Source: Trichlorobacter lovleyi SZ (GTDB lineage: Bacteria; Desulfobacterota; Desulfuromonadia; Geobacterales; Pseudopelobacteraceae). From it: DNA of 32,000 nucleotides. The notes beneath the pieces were generated by a model. The model saw only the letters and a list, made by a program, of their open reading frames with translations, did no database searches and had not been told where the DNA came from. This document shows, piece by piece, positions 23,366-31,953 of the stretch. A program made the position numbers and the translations under genes. Location: contig NC_010815.1 of assembly GCF_000020385.1 (NCBI RefSeq), positions 45,114-77,113 of the forward strand, in the 5' to 3' direction. The stretch's first letter is position 1; every line of letters starts with the position of its first letter.

Positions 23366-24028
23366 TCAAAAGTCGATCCCTCGACGGGCCTTCACCTCTG
23401 ACTTGAAGGCATGCTTGATATCTTGCACTTCTGAGACGGTATCAACCAGGTCCCTAAGCGCCTCCCCACCTCCACGACCGGTGACGACCACAGATTGCTC
23501 TTCCGGCCGATTACGCAGAGCGCTAAGCACCATCTCTTCATCTAGATACTCGTAATTGAGCATGTATGTCAGCTCGTCAAGTATCACCAGGTGATAGCTG
23601 GCATCCTGCAATAGCTCTTGCGCATGCGCCCATGTAGTTTTGGCGGCAGCAATATCGCCGTTGCGATCCTGGGTGTCCCAGGTGAAGCCGGTGCCCATTT
23701 GCCAAAAGTAAACCTCGGGGTGCTTTTCACGGATGAAGATCTCTTCGCCGGATTGCTGTTTTCCCTTGATGAACTGCACGATGCCGACTTTAAAACCATA
23801 ACCGAGGCTGCGCATCGCCATGCCAAAGGCAGAGCTGGATTTGCCTTTGCCATTGCCAGTCAGCAGAATGGAAACACCTCGCTTTTCCTCAGCGCGAACG
23901 ATACAGCCGTCGATCTTTTCCTTATGCTTTTTCATGGCCTTGTTGTGTTTGGCAGTTTGTTCGTTAGCCTGTTTGTCTGGTTTTGTCATCTCAAGCTCGT
24001 CTGGTAAAAGTTCAGGGAGTAGAGCCAT
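23366..24028 (-). CDS. cobO: Cob(I)yrinic acid a,c-diamide adenosyltransferase (CobO/BtuR type)
   Basis: LLTGNGKGKSSSAFGMAMRSLGYGFKVGIVQFIKG, GFTWDTQ, VILDELTY and VKHAFKSEVKARRGIDF closely parallel E. coli BtuR as I recall it. The exact start is uncertain. Confidence 0.85.
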   Translation of the reverse strand: MALLPELLPDELEMTKPDKQANEQTAKHNKAMKKHKEKIDGCIVRAEEKRGVSILLTGNGKGKSSSAFGMAMRSLGYGFKVGIVQFIKGKQQSGEEIFIREKHPEVYFWQMGTGFTWDTQDRNGDIAAAKTTWAHAQELLQDASYHLVILDELTYMLNYEYLDEEMVLSALRNRPEEQSVVVTGRGGGEALRDLVDTVSEVQDIKHAFKSEVKARRGIDF

Positions 24029-24060
24029 TATTGACTCTACTCCCGTTATTTTCTGAATAT

Positions 24061-25062
24061 CTATTGAACGGCCCAGGTATCTCCACCAGCCAACAACTGG
24101 TTGATATCCCCCTCTCCGACCATTGCCTTTACCTCATCGATCTGAGTTTCAACCAGTTGATCATAGACTGGAGCCTCAACCTGCCTGATAATCCCCAACG
24201 GGTTGGGCAAACCTTCGTCGATGAAGCTGGACAGCAAAGTCGCAACCGCGGGGCTTTTTGACTTCGCATCGTGAATCATGATCTGCGACGGATCAACCTC
24301 AGCAACAGGTGCAATTTTAGGCGCAAACCCTTCAAGGATAATACACTTCTCCTTATCCTTACCGAAAATCATCGGCTTACCGTGTTCCAGAAAAATGTTG
24401 TTTTCCTCTTGAGTTGTTTTATCCCTGTATTCGCTGTTTGCACCATCATTGAAAATGACGCAGTTCTGCATGATGTGCACCAGCGAAAAGCCTTTGTGCT
24501 CGTAAGCGGCCCTGAGCATCTGTTTGGTTAGGTCCATATTGCGATCGGTTGAACGAGCAATAAATGTCGCTCCCGAACCAGCAGCCAGAGCGATCGGCTC
24601 AACCGGCTCTTCAACCGAACCCCAAGGGGTCGACTTGGTCTTCTTGCCAAACTCCGAGGTCGGTGACAGCTGTCCCTTAGTCAGACCGTAGATGCGGTTA
24701 TCGAGCAGAACCACAACCAGGTCCGGGTTCTTTCGGGCAGTGTGAACAAAATGGTTACCCCCAATACTCATCCCATCGCCGTCCCCGGTGACAACCCAGA
24801 CCGACTGCTTCGGGTTAGCGACTTTCTCGCCAGTCGCGACCGGCAGGGCACGACCATGTATGGTGTGGTAGCCGTAGGTGTTCATATAGTACGGAAAACG
24901 GCTGGAACAGCCGATACCGCTGACGAAGGTGTATTCATGCGGCGGACGACCGATGTCGGCCAGCACACTTTGCACAGCACTGAGAACAGCAAAATCGCCA
25001 CAGCCGGCGCACCACTTGACGGTTTGCGATGAAACAAAATCTTTCTTGGTATATTCAGACAT
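24061..25062 (-). CDS. korB: 2-oxoacid:ferredoxin (acceptor) oxidoreductase, beta subunit (TPP-binding)
   Basis: The N-terminal WCAGCGDFAVL motif and GDGD...GGNH TPP-binding region; lies directly downstream of the alpha subunit. Confidence 0.85.
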   Translation of the reverse strand: MSEYTKKDFVSSQTVKWCAGCGDFAVLSAVQSVLADIGRPPHEYTFVSGIGCSSRFPYYMNTYGYHTIHGRALPVATGEKVANPKQSVWVVTGDGDGMSIGGNHFVHTARKNPDLVVVLLDNRIYGLTKGQLSPTSEFGKKTKSTPWGSVEEPVEPIALAAGSGATFIARSTDRNMDLTKQMLRAAYEHKGFSLVHIMQNCVIFNDGANSEYRDKTTQEENNIFLEHGKPMIFGKDKEKCIILEGFAPKIAPVAEVDPSQIMIHDAKSKSPAVATLLSSFIDEGLPNPLGIIRQVEAPVYDQLVETQIDEVKAMVGEGDINQLLAGGDTWAVQ

Positions 25063-25080
25063 TTCAGACTCTCCAGTCGG

Positions 25081-26934
25081 TTAAATCAGCGTGTCGATGA
25101 CTTCGGCAATCTCGTGCTCTCTAAACGGCAGCCCTTGAACCTTGTTGATCTGTTCGGTATGAACCTCGAACTTGGCCCGGAGCAATTCGTTGAGCTGGCC
25201 AGCATTAATTTCCGTAACAACCACATGCCTAAACTTTTTCAGCACCTCTTCCGTGTTCTTCGGGAACGGATAGATATGGGTGAAGTGCGCCTGCGAAACC
25301 GACTTGCCTTGGGCACGATACTTATCGACCGAGTTTTTAATCGAGCCATAGGTGGAGCCCCAGCCAACGATGAGGACATCACCGCCATCCTGATCACCGT
25401 AGATTTCCAGCTCAGGAATATCATCAGCGATACCGTCAACCTTGGCGGCACGGACATCAACCATCTTCTGGTGGTTGACTGGATCGTGACTGACAGCACC
25501 GGTCAAAAAATCTTTCTCCAGACCACCGATGCGGTTCTGCAGCCCCGGTGTGCCCGGCTTGACCCATTCACGCGCCAGGGTCTTTTCATCCCGCGCATAC
25601 GGGAGATATTCGCTTTCAGCCTCAGTTCTGAACTTGACGTCGATCTGCGGCAGTTCATCCAGGCTAGGAACCCGGAACGGCTCTGAACCTTGGCCAATAT
25701 AGCCATCGGTGAGCAGAATCACCGGGGTCATGTATTTGGTGGCGATGCGTACCGCTTCCAGGGTTTGGTGAAAACAGTCGGACGGCGACTTGGCTGCGAT
25801 GATCGGAATCGGTGCTTCACCGTTGCGACAGTACATCGCCTGCATCAAATCCGCCTGCTCGGTCTTGGTCGGCAGACCGGTCGAAGGACCGCCCCGTTGG
25901 ACATTGACGATCACCAGGGGAATCTCCGAGATCGCCGCCAGCCCCATCGCTTCAGCATTGAGCGCCATCCCAGGTCCGGAGGTGGTGGTCGCTGCCAGTA
26001 CCCCGGCGTGGGCCGCACCAATCGCAGAGCAGATTCCGGCAATCTCATCTTCTGCCTGATGTGACTTTACTCCGAACTGCTTGTACTTGGCGTACTCGTG
26101 GAGGATGTCAGTCGCCGGGGTGATCGGGTAAGTGCCAAGGAACATATCGACACCAGCCAGTTTGGATGCAGTAACCAGAGCAATGGCAGTGGCATCGTTA
26201 CCGGTCAGATTCCGGTAAGTCCCCGCAGGCAGTTCTGCAGGCTTAATCCTGTACCTGTGCTGAGCCATGCCAGTGGAGTTTTCGGCATAAATCATCCCGG
26301 CCTTGATGGCGGTTTCGTTCATCTCGACCAGCTGCGGTTTGCTCTTCCACTTCTCCTTCATCCAGGCGATGTTGTGCTCCGGCGCCAGATCGTACATCCA
26401 GAAGAGGACGCCCAGGGTGAAGAAGTTTTTGCACTTTTCCTTGGCTTTTCGAGGGGCATCGAACGCCTCCAGAGCAGCGACGACTTGCGAAGTCATCGGC
26501 ACCTTTAAGACCTTTTTGCCATCCAGTTCCGGAGCAGCAAATGGATCTTCTGTGTAACCGGCTTTTGTAAGGTTGCTTTCGGTATAGGCATCGATATCGG
26601 TAAGGATAATACCGCCCGGTTTGACGAACTTGCCGTTGACCTTAAGCGCTGCCGGGTTCATGGCAACCAGCACATCCGGAAAATCGCCGGGGCTGTTGAC
26701 CTTGCCATCGCCGAACTGCATCTGGAACCCGCTGACGCCGGAGATAGTTCCGGCTGGTGCGCGGATCTCGGACGGATAATCAGGCAGTGTCGCGACGTCA
26801 TTACCGAAGGCTGCAGACGCCAGGGTGTACTGGTTCCCGGTCAGCTGCATTCCGTCACCCGAATCACCGGTAAACTTGATGACAACTCTGGATAGTTCAG
26901 TCTGACTCATGGTTTCTCTCTCTTCGCTGGTCAT
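25081..26934 (-). CDS. korA: 2-oxoacid:ferredoxin (acceptor) oxidoreductase, alpha subunit
   Basis: IKFTGDSGDGMQLTGNQYT...LPDYPSEIRAPAGTISGVSGFQMQF is typical of the long (~600 aa) alpha subunits. An alternative start is at ATG 26910. Confidence 0.85.
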   Translation of the reverse strand: MTSEERETMSQTELSRVVIKFTGDSGDGMQLTGNQYTLASAAFGNDVATLPDYPSEIRAPAGTISGVSGFQMQFGDGKVNSPGDFPDVLVAMNPAALKVNGKFVKPGGIILTDIDAYTESNLTKAGYTEDPFAAPELDGKKVLKVPMTSQVVAALEAFDAPRKAKEKCKNFFTLGVLFWMYDLAPEHNIAWMKEKWKSKPQLVEMNETAIKAGMIYAENSTGMAQHRYRIKPAELPAGTYRNLTGNDATAIALVTASKLAGVDMFLGTYPITPATDILHEYAKYKQFGVKSHQAEDEIAGICSAIGAAHAGVLAATTTSGPGMALNAEAMGLAAISEIPLVIVNVQRGGPSTGLPTKTEQADLMQAMYCRNGEAPIPIIAAKSPSDCFHQTLEAVRIATKYMTPVILLTDGYIGQGSEPFRVPSLDELPQIDVKFRTEAESEYLPYARDEKTLAREWVKPGTPGLQNRIGGLEKDFLTGAVSHDPVNHQKMVDVRAAKVDGIADDIPELEIYGDQDGGDVLIVGWGSTYGSIKNSVDKYRAQGKSVSQAHFTHIYPFPKNTEEVLKKFRHVVVTEINAGQLNELLRAKFEVHTEQINKVQGLPFREHEIAEVIDTLI

Positions 26935-27024
26935 GCCTTACTCAGGTACGGGGCGGAACCACTCCGGCTCCATCTGAATAAGTTTGTTATTGAGAGAAGC
27001 GTAAACGACATGCAAACAACGATC

Positions 27025-27040
27025 TGTAGCCGTTGTTACA
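27025..27040. promoter_or_regulatory. CRP/FNR-spaced palindrome TGTAGCCGTTGTTACA upstream of korAB
   Basis: 15 of 16 positions are identical to the site at 13520-13535. Intergenic; centre is 98 bp upstream of ATG 26934. Confidence 0.45.
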
Positions 27041-27109
27041 TTTTGAGAGAAAAAAGCAGAAAAAGGATTGAAGCAAGAGAACTTAGATTGGTTCGTTACA
27101 GCAAACTGC

Positions 27110-28207
27110 TTATTTCAGTTGAGCATAAGCCAGTTGAGTACCTTGGATACGTGCCGTAATTTTCGCAAAAGCGGTCGCTCGACTTGTTGCCACATCATCA
27201 CTAAAGGGAGAAAAACCACAATCATCGGTCGTGCCAAGTTGAGCCAAAGGAATGTACTTTGCTGCCAGAAAAACCCGGTCACGTACCGTTTCGACAGATT
27301 CGATCTCTTCGCTTGTGACATCGATCACTCCCACATAGATCCGCTGATTCGGTCGCAGGTTATCAGCAATGATCTGTAAGTATTTCTCGGGATCTTCTTC
27401 GCTGGCCATCTGCACATAGAAGTTGCTGGCACTCAGCGTCAACAGCAGAGGAAGAAGTTCTCCGTAATCAACATCGGCACTGTGAGTAGAATCATGATCC
27501 CCACCAGGGCAAGTGTGAAACCCGATCCGCTGCCGTTCCTCCTCGGTGAAATAAGAGAGAACCTGATTATTCAGATCGATAAATTGCTGCAGGAGCTGTC
27601 TGGATGGATCAAGTTTGACCGCCAGCCGCCCTTCGGTGAAATCGATCTGCACCTGGTAGGCCCCGTTGTCGAAGCAGCTGCGGATATCGGCAACCGCTTC
27701 CTTAATGAGGTCTGCTAAAAACTGCTCCCGTGGGTAATCGGGCAACCCTTCCTCGGGATACAGCAAGCTCATCGCCGAGGCAGAAATCACCGCCTGCTTC
27801 ACCGGTCGAGTGGCAAATTCCCTTGCCCGAGCCAGGTATGAACCAGCATAAGCTGCGTATCTGAACGGTCCCTTAGTCAGTCGAGGCAGCTGACGTGTAT
27901 GGCCGTCAGCGAAGGAGATGATGATTCCATCCGTGGCAAGGTTATCCAACCCATCCAGAGGATAAGTTGCAAAGCTCGACTTGGTCTGTTCACCATCGCT
28001 GACAACTGGAGACCCGGTCGCTTCAAATTCATTTATGGTTTCACTGACGGCTTTGTCGAACAGGATGTCCAATTCTTTGCTCGTCATTTCTCCTTGAGCA
28101 TGTGCGAGCATTGCATCCTGCAACTCTGGTGGGCGCGGAATACTGCCGACTGGCTCTGTAGGAATCCCGACTGAAGCCTGTTTCGTTCTGCCTGATGGAT
28201 TTTTCAT
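27110..28207 (-). CDS. Cobalamin-independent methionine synthase (MetE C-terminal domain-like) family protein
   Basis: 365 aa. VGSIPRP near the N-terminus, HTCPGG...H and DDCGFSPF are typical of the short MetE-like family. No good Shine-Dalgarno at the 28207 start. Confidence 0.7.
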   Translation of the reverse strand: MKNPSGRTKQASVGIPTEPVGSIPRPPELQDAMLAHAQGEMTSKELDILFDKAVSETINEFEATGSPVVSDGEQTKSSFATYPLDGLDNLATDGIIISFADGHTRQLPRLTKGPFRYAAYAGSYLARAREFATRPVKQAVISASAMSLLYPEEGLPDYPREQFLADLIKEAVADIRSCFDNGAYQVQIDFTEGRLAVKLDPSRQLLQQFIDLNNQVLSYFTEEERQRIGFHTCPGGDHDSTHSADVDYGELLPLLLTLSASNFYVQMASEEDPEKYLQIIADNLRPNQRIYVGVIDVTSEEIESVETVRDRVFLAAKYIPLAQLGTTDDCGFSPFSDDVATSRATAFAKITARIQGTQLAYAQLK

Positions 28208-28237
28208 AATTTTTTGTATTGGTGAGCAAATAGATGA

Positions 28238-28528
28238 TCAGGATTCTAGTGTATTTTCTAACTCAAGAGCTGGAGCTTCTGTTCGACGGGCATTGAGAAA
28301 TCCGTAGCTCGACACGCAAAAGGGAACGACAAAGTTCATCCCGACCTTTACCCAGGTCAACGAGGTCGCCGCACCACTGATAATAACGTCGCTCTGATTG
28401 ATGGTTGAGAGGATCAGACCAACAACAATGGCCACCGGGATGCAGGTCTGCAGAGTCACACCTTGAAATAAAAGATCGAATGCCTCTGGCCAGGTTGTCC
28501 ATTCCATTTTGTCATTTGTGCTATTCAT
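28238..28528 (-). CDS. NrtS-like small membrane protein (putative nitrate/nitrite transporter family)
   Basis: 96 aa. The pattern VVGLILSTINQSD...W.K......VPFCVSSYG matches my recollection of NrtS-family proteins. AGGAAG Shine-Dalgarno. Confidence 0.5.
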   Translation of the reverse strand: MNSTNDKMEWTTWPEAFDLLFQGVTLQTCIPVAIVVGLILSTINQSDVIISGAATSLTWVKVGMNFVVPFCVSSYGFLNARRTEAPALELENTLES

Positions 28529-28565
28529 CGTTCTTCCTAAAAGTTTGTTTTAATGCCTAAGGTAA

Positions 28566-29567
28566 CTAACGTCTGCGCTGAAGGCTTGTCAGTTCAGCTT
28601 TGAGTTTGTGATAGTTACCCAAACGCTCATGAGTGATCTCTCCGATCTCGACCGCTCTCAACACCGCACAGCCAGGTTCAACCTGATGGCGACAATCGCT
28701 GAATTTGCATTTTCCGCTTAGCTCTTCAATGTCGCTAAAGGATTCAACAAGATCCTCTTCATCCCCCCAAAGATGCAACTCGCGCATACCGGGGTTGTCG
28801 ATGAGGATTCCACCCTGCGGCAATTGGAACAACTCACGGTGGGTTGTGGTATGCCTGCCTTTGCCGTCTGCCTGACTGACTTCGCCAATCTTCTGCCGCT
28901 GTTCACCGAGCAGCCCATTGAGGATGGTCGATTTTCCAACTCCGGAGGAACCAAGCAATGCCAAGGTCCGGCCCGGTTGCAGATGCGGCAGAAGAAATTC
29001 GAGTTGTCGTGGATCGCGAGCTTCGCACGAATACACAGGAGACTTTGGAGCGATCTCTTTAACCTGCGCTAGACAACGCTGAGGATTTTCACAGAGATCG
29101 GCTTTGTTCAGTACCACCACCGCTTCGGCACCACTACCGCCGACCAATGTCAGGTAGCGTTCAATCCGACGCAGATTGAAATCTCGGTCAAGACCGCTAA
29201 CAACCAATACCAGATCAACATTGGCTGCGATCACCTGCTGCTCAGCCCGTTCTCTTCCCTTGATTTTCCGGCGACCCGGCAAATTGCGGGCAAAGGAGCT
29301 CTTGCGCTCCAGAATGGCATGGATCATTCCACGCCCGTCCGGTTGTGGCTGAACCATCACCCAGTCGCCTACCACAGGTAAGTCGGCGCGTGTCCCTGCA
29401 CCGTGGCGCATTCTGCCGGTAAAGCGAACTGTTAATTCCCCTTCTGCACAAAGGACACGGAAGAAATTCTTCTCTCCACGGATGATCCGCGCTGGCAAAT
29501 AACCTTTCTGCTGCAGCATGGATTGCTCGGCAAAAAACGGGCTCCAGCCCCAGTCATCGAGATTCAT
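28566..29567 (-). CDS. rsgA: Ribosome small-subunit-dependent GTPase A
   Basis: Circularly permuted GTPase motifs: VLNKADL (G4), GSSGVGKSTILNGL (G1), GRHTTT, DNPGMREL. Has the C-terminal zinc-finger cysteines CKFSDCRHQVEPGCAV. Confidence 0.9.
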   Translation of the reverse strand: MNLDDWGWSPFFAEQSMLQQKGYLPARIIRGEKNFFRVLCAEGELTVRFTGRMRHGAGTRADLPVVGDWVMVQPQPDGRGMIHAILERKSSFARNLPGRRKIKGRERAEQQVIAANVDLVLVVSGLDRDFNLRRIERYLTLVGGSGAEAVVVLNKADLCENPQRCLAQVKEIAPKSPVYSCEARDPRQLEFLLPHLQPGRTLALLGSSGVGKSTILNGLLGEQRQKIGEVSQADGKGRHTTTHRELFQLPQGGILIDNPGMRELHLWGDEEDLVESFSDIEELSGKCKFSDCRHQVEPGCAVLRAVEIGEITHERLGNYHKLKAELTSLQRRR

Positions 29568-29604
29568 GGTCGCTTGCAGCGAAAATCGTTAAACTTCGTC
29601 AGCG

Positions 29605-30246
29605 TCAACCCCCTGTAGCCAATCTCTCGGCTATTTCTTTCCCGAGGTTCTGACCTTGCTGCCAGATCTCAACTTGTTCCTCAACCTTGCAGAACTTGTC
29701 AGGAGTAACTTCTATGTCTTCGCCAAAAACCCAGGGTAAAGAACTCATCGGGCAACTTTCCCCATAACCACAGATCAAGCATTCAGTAGTACCAGTAACT
29801 TTAAGCTGACCGAGCACTTCCATGCCTTCCATAGATAGGGCTAGACCGAGTTGTTCGCTTCCCTGATCCAATCCGGGGACTCCGCGACCGATGCCGGTGA
29901 CGACCGTCACAGCCAGTTTCCCCCGATTGAGTCCATCCCTATGGCGCAGTGAAAAGAGCCTTTCGAGGAACGCCTTGGTAAAACCATCGATGGTTCCGTA
30001 AGGGGGATATCCACCGACCACTATCGCACCTGCCTGTCTTACTTTTTCTCCAATTTCAGGGAAATCATCTTTTACCTTACAGACATTATCCTTGACACAG
30101 GCCATACAGGCGATACAGGGCTGGACCCTCTTTTGAGACAGTTTGATAAATTCAGTTTCCAGTCCTGTACTTTTTAAAATGGCCTGGACGAGCCGATCGG
30201 TATTTGAGTTTTTGACCGGACTTCCTGAAATTCCAATGACCTTCAT
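29605..30246 (-). CDS. Iron-sulfur flavoprotein (Isf)-like NADPH-dependent FMN reductase paralogue 3 (full length)
   Basis: MKVIGISGSPVKNSNTDR..., PCIACMACVKDNVC (C-x2-C-x2-C-x5-C) and a second cluster ECLICGYGESC. GGGAGA Shine-Dalgarno. Confidence 0.75.
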   Translation of the reverse strand: MKVIGISGSPVKNSNTDRLVQAILKSTGLETEFIKLSQKRVQPCIACMACVKDNVCKVKDDFPEIGEKVRQAGAIVVGGYPPYGTIDGFTKAFLERLFSLRHRDGLNRGKLAVTVVTGIGRGVPGLDQGSEQLGLALSMEGMEVLGQLKVTGTTECLICGYGESCPMSSLPWVFGEDIEVTPDKFCKVEEQVEIWQQGQNLGKEIAERLATGG

Positions 30247-30321
30247 TCACATTCTCCCTTGTAAAAGTTAGCGGGTTCCCCCTCAAGCCGTCCGGTGCTT
30301 ATACACGAACGAGGAAACAGG

Positions 30322-30343
30322 TTTTGTAGCCAATGCTACAAAA
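30322..30343. promoter_or_regulatory. Perfect palindrome TTTTGTAGC-CAAT-GCTACAAAA (core TGTAG-N6-CTACA, 30325-30340) upstream of Isf paralogue 3
   Basis: The 9-bp arms were verified. Centre is 86.5 bp upstream of ATG 30246 and 38 bp downstream of the Crp/Fnr-family gene stop. Confidence 0.5.
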
Positions 30344-30380
30344 TTCATTTTTTGTCTTGGGGTAGCCGTAAGAAGATAGA

Positions 30381-31094
30381 TCAAGCCGCAGCTCGTGCGA
30401 CGAAGATATACTTGCCTTGGCTTTTCACTTTGCCGAGGTCCTTAAGCTTTTTCAAAGCCCTGGTGATACTGACCCGATGTGCGCCAACCAGAAATCCAAT
30501 CTCTTCATGGGTTAATGGAAAGGCGATACTCCAGCCACCTGACTCAGGGGTGCCGACCTGTTCGGCGACATTGACCAGGACCTTGTAGAGCCGCTCTTCA
30601 ATGCTTGGCTCAGAGAGGGCTCCCAGTTTTCCGGTCAAGTAATCGATTCGCTTCGAAAGGTTACGAATAACGGCCAGGCCGACCTGTGGGTGAGCTTCAA
30701 CAAGTTTTTCAAAGGTCGAACGATCGACACCACAGATCAAGGTGGGTGTCAGGGCAGAGGCATAAACCGGGTAATCGCTCTCTTCGATAAGGACACTTTC
30801 GCCCAACAGGTCACCAGCTTTGCGGATATCGAGGGTTAACTCTCGCCCCTCTTCGTCAACCTTCCAGATCTTTACCGAGCCCATCTTGATCAAATACATC
30901 GATTCGGCAGGCTCACCTTGGCTGAAGATGACGTCTTCAGCAGCGCACTTCTTACGTGCCAGATCGGCGCTTATGGTGTCCCATGCTTCAGGGGGCGCAC
31001 CTTCGAACAACCAAACATGACCAAAACATTTGGGGTGTAATTCGGCACCAGGTCCGGCAATTTGTTCGCACAAACAGCTGCTCTCACTCATCAT
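30381..31094 (-). CDS. Crp/Fnr-family transcriptional regulator with FNR-like cysteines
   Basis: Has a cNMP-binding-type beta-roll and a C-terminal HTH (HEEIGFLVGAHRVSITRALKKL). Cys7, Cys9 and Cys23 sit in an N-terminal extension, and Cys121 sits at a position analogous to E. coli FNR Cys122. Confidence 0.8.
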   Translation of the reverse strand: MMSESSCLCEQIAGPGAELHPKCFGHVWLFEGAPPEAWDTISADLARKKCAAEDVIFSQGEPAESMYLIKMGSVKIWKVDEEGRELTLDIRKAGDLLGESVLIEESDYPVYASALTPTLICGVDRSTFEKLVEAHPQVGLAVIRNLSKRIDYLTGKLGALSEPSIEERLYKVLVNVAEQVGTPESGGWSIAFPLTHEEIGFLVGAHRVSITRALKKLKDLGKVKSQGKYIFVARAAA

Positions 31095-31777
31095 TCTGTT
31101 CCTTCATAGTTGGTGATTTGTTCCTTCAACTCGATAAGGCTCGTTACAGTAATATTGGGCTCAATCCCCCAAGGATCAAAAATCGCCTCTGGAGAACGCT
31201 GCACCCAGGCAGCTTTCATCCCCGCCGAAATAGAACCGATGACATCAAAGGGATTACTGGAAATCAGCCAGGCAGTGCCACCGATCGATTCGGATTGCCT
31301 CAGGAAATGACTATAGACAGCTGGACTTGGCTTAAAGGTTTTGATGTCATCGACGCTGACAACGCCAAAAAACAGCTCTCGTATCCCAGCATTGCTCAAC
31401 AAAACTTCCAATGCGTCTGCCGCACCATTCGAAAACGCGAAGAGCCGAAAACCAGTTTCTTTCAATTGAGCCAGTCCTTCCTTGGCGTCAGCAAAAGCAG
31501 GCAAGACACGATAGATACCCATCAACTCCTTCTTTTGCCCATCGCTGAAATCGACACCATAAAAGGCGCAGGTATAATCGAGAGCCTGACTGGTACAGAC
31601 AGCAAAGGTTTCGTAATTCTGCATCAAACCTTTGCGAAACGAATACTCCAGCTGCTTATCTCTCCAGGTATTCGAAAACGCCTTTGCCCTATCACCGACC
31701 AGCCCTTCCAATGCCGTCAAGACACCGTGGGTGTTGATCAATGTTCCATAAACATCAAATGCGAGCGTGATTGCCAT
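31091..31777 (-). CDS. HAD-superfamily hydrolase (type II haloacid dehalogenase-like)
   Basis: Start refined to ATG 31777 (GGAGGTAAAGCAA upstream). Motif I AFDVYGTL, then FSNG and SSNPFDV. Its stop overlaps the regulator start (ATGA at 31091-31094). Confidence 0.75.
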   Translation of the reverse strand: MAITLAFDVYGTLINTHGVLTALEGLVGDRAKAFSNTWRDKQLEYSFRKGLMQNYETFAVCTSQALDYTCAFYGVDFSDGQKKELMGIYRVLPAFADAKEGLAQLKETGFRLFAFSNGAADALEVLLSNAGIRELFFGVVSVDDIKTFKPSPAVYSHFLRQSESIGGTAWLISSNPFDVIGSISAGMKAAWVQRSPEAIFDPWGIEPNITVTSLIELKEQITNYEGTE

Positions 31778-31819
31778 TTGCTTTACCTCCCGTTTGGGTG
31801 GCTCGTGGGAAAGCCCAAC

Positions 31820-31886
31820 CTGAATGCTCATTCAAGCTATCAGCAGCACGAGTGCCTGTCAATAGTATTTTGATTGATCGCTCAAG
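31820..31886. promoter_or_regulatory. Second copy of the two-box promoter/operator block: CTGAATGCTCATTCAAG (31820-31836) and TTGATTGATCGCTCAAG (31870-31886)
   Basis: In an ungapped alignment of 31811-31890 with 12321-12400, I count 61 of 80 identical positions. The -35 TTGACA (31857-31862) and -10 TAGCTT (31834-31839) on the minus strand are conserved. Confidence 0.6.
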
Positions 31887-31953
31887 ATGATGAAAAAGTG
31901 ATATGCCGGGGGGGACTAACTTATTCAGCAAAGCAAGCTTTGTAGAGAGGAAA

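Noticed and set aside
26935-27109. Stem AACAACG/CGTTGTT (about 27015-27037) as a terminator after the MetE-like gene
   Set aside because: The stem is short, has no U-tract, and overlaps the TGTAG palindrome, so it is more simply part of the korAB control region.
30322-30343. The perfect 9-bp-arm palindrome as a rho-independent terminator for the Crp/Fnr-family gene
   Set aside because: On the transcribed (minus) strand the hairpin is followed by AACCTGTTTCC, not a U-tract. The T-run lies on the plus strand, where nothing is transcribed toward it. Its core matches three other intergenic palindromes, favouring a protein-binding site. A dual role cannot be excluded.
30956-31873. 305-aa plus-strand ORF
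   Set aside because: It is antisense to the well-supported HAD hydrolase and FNR-like genes, has no recognisable motifs, and its 3' end only mirrors the duplicated operator block.
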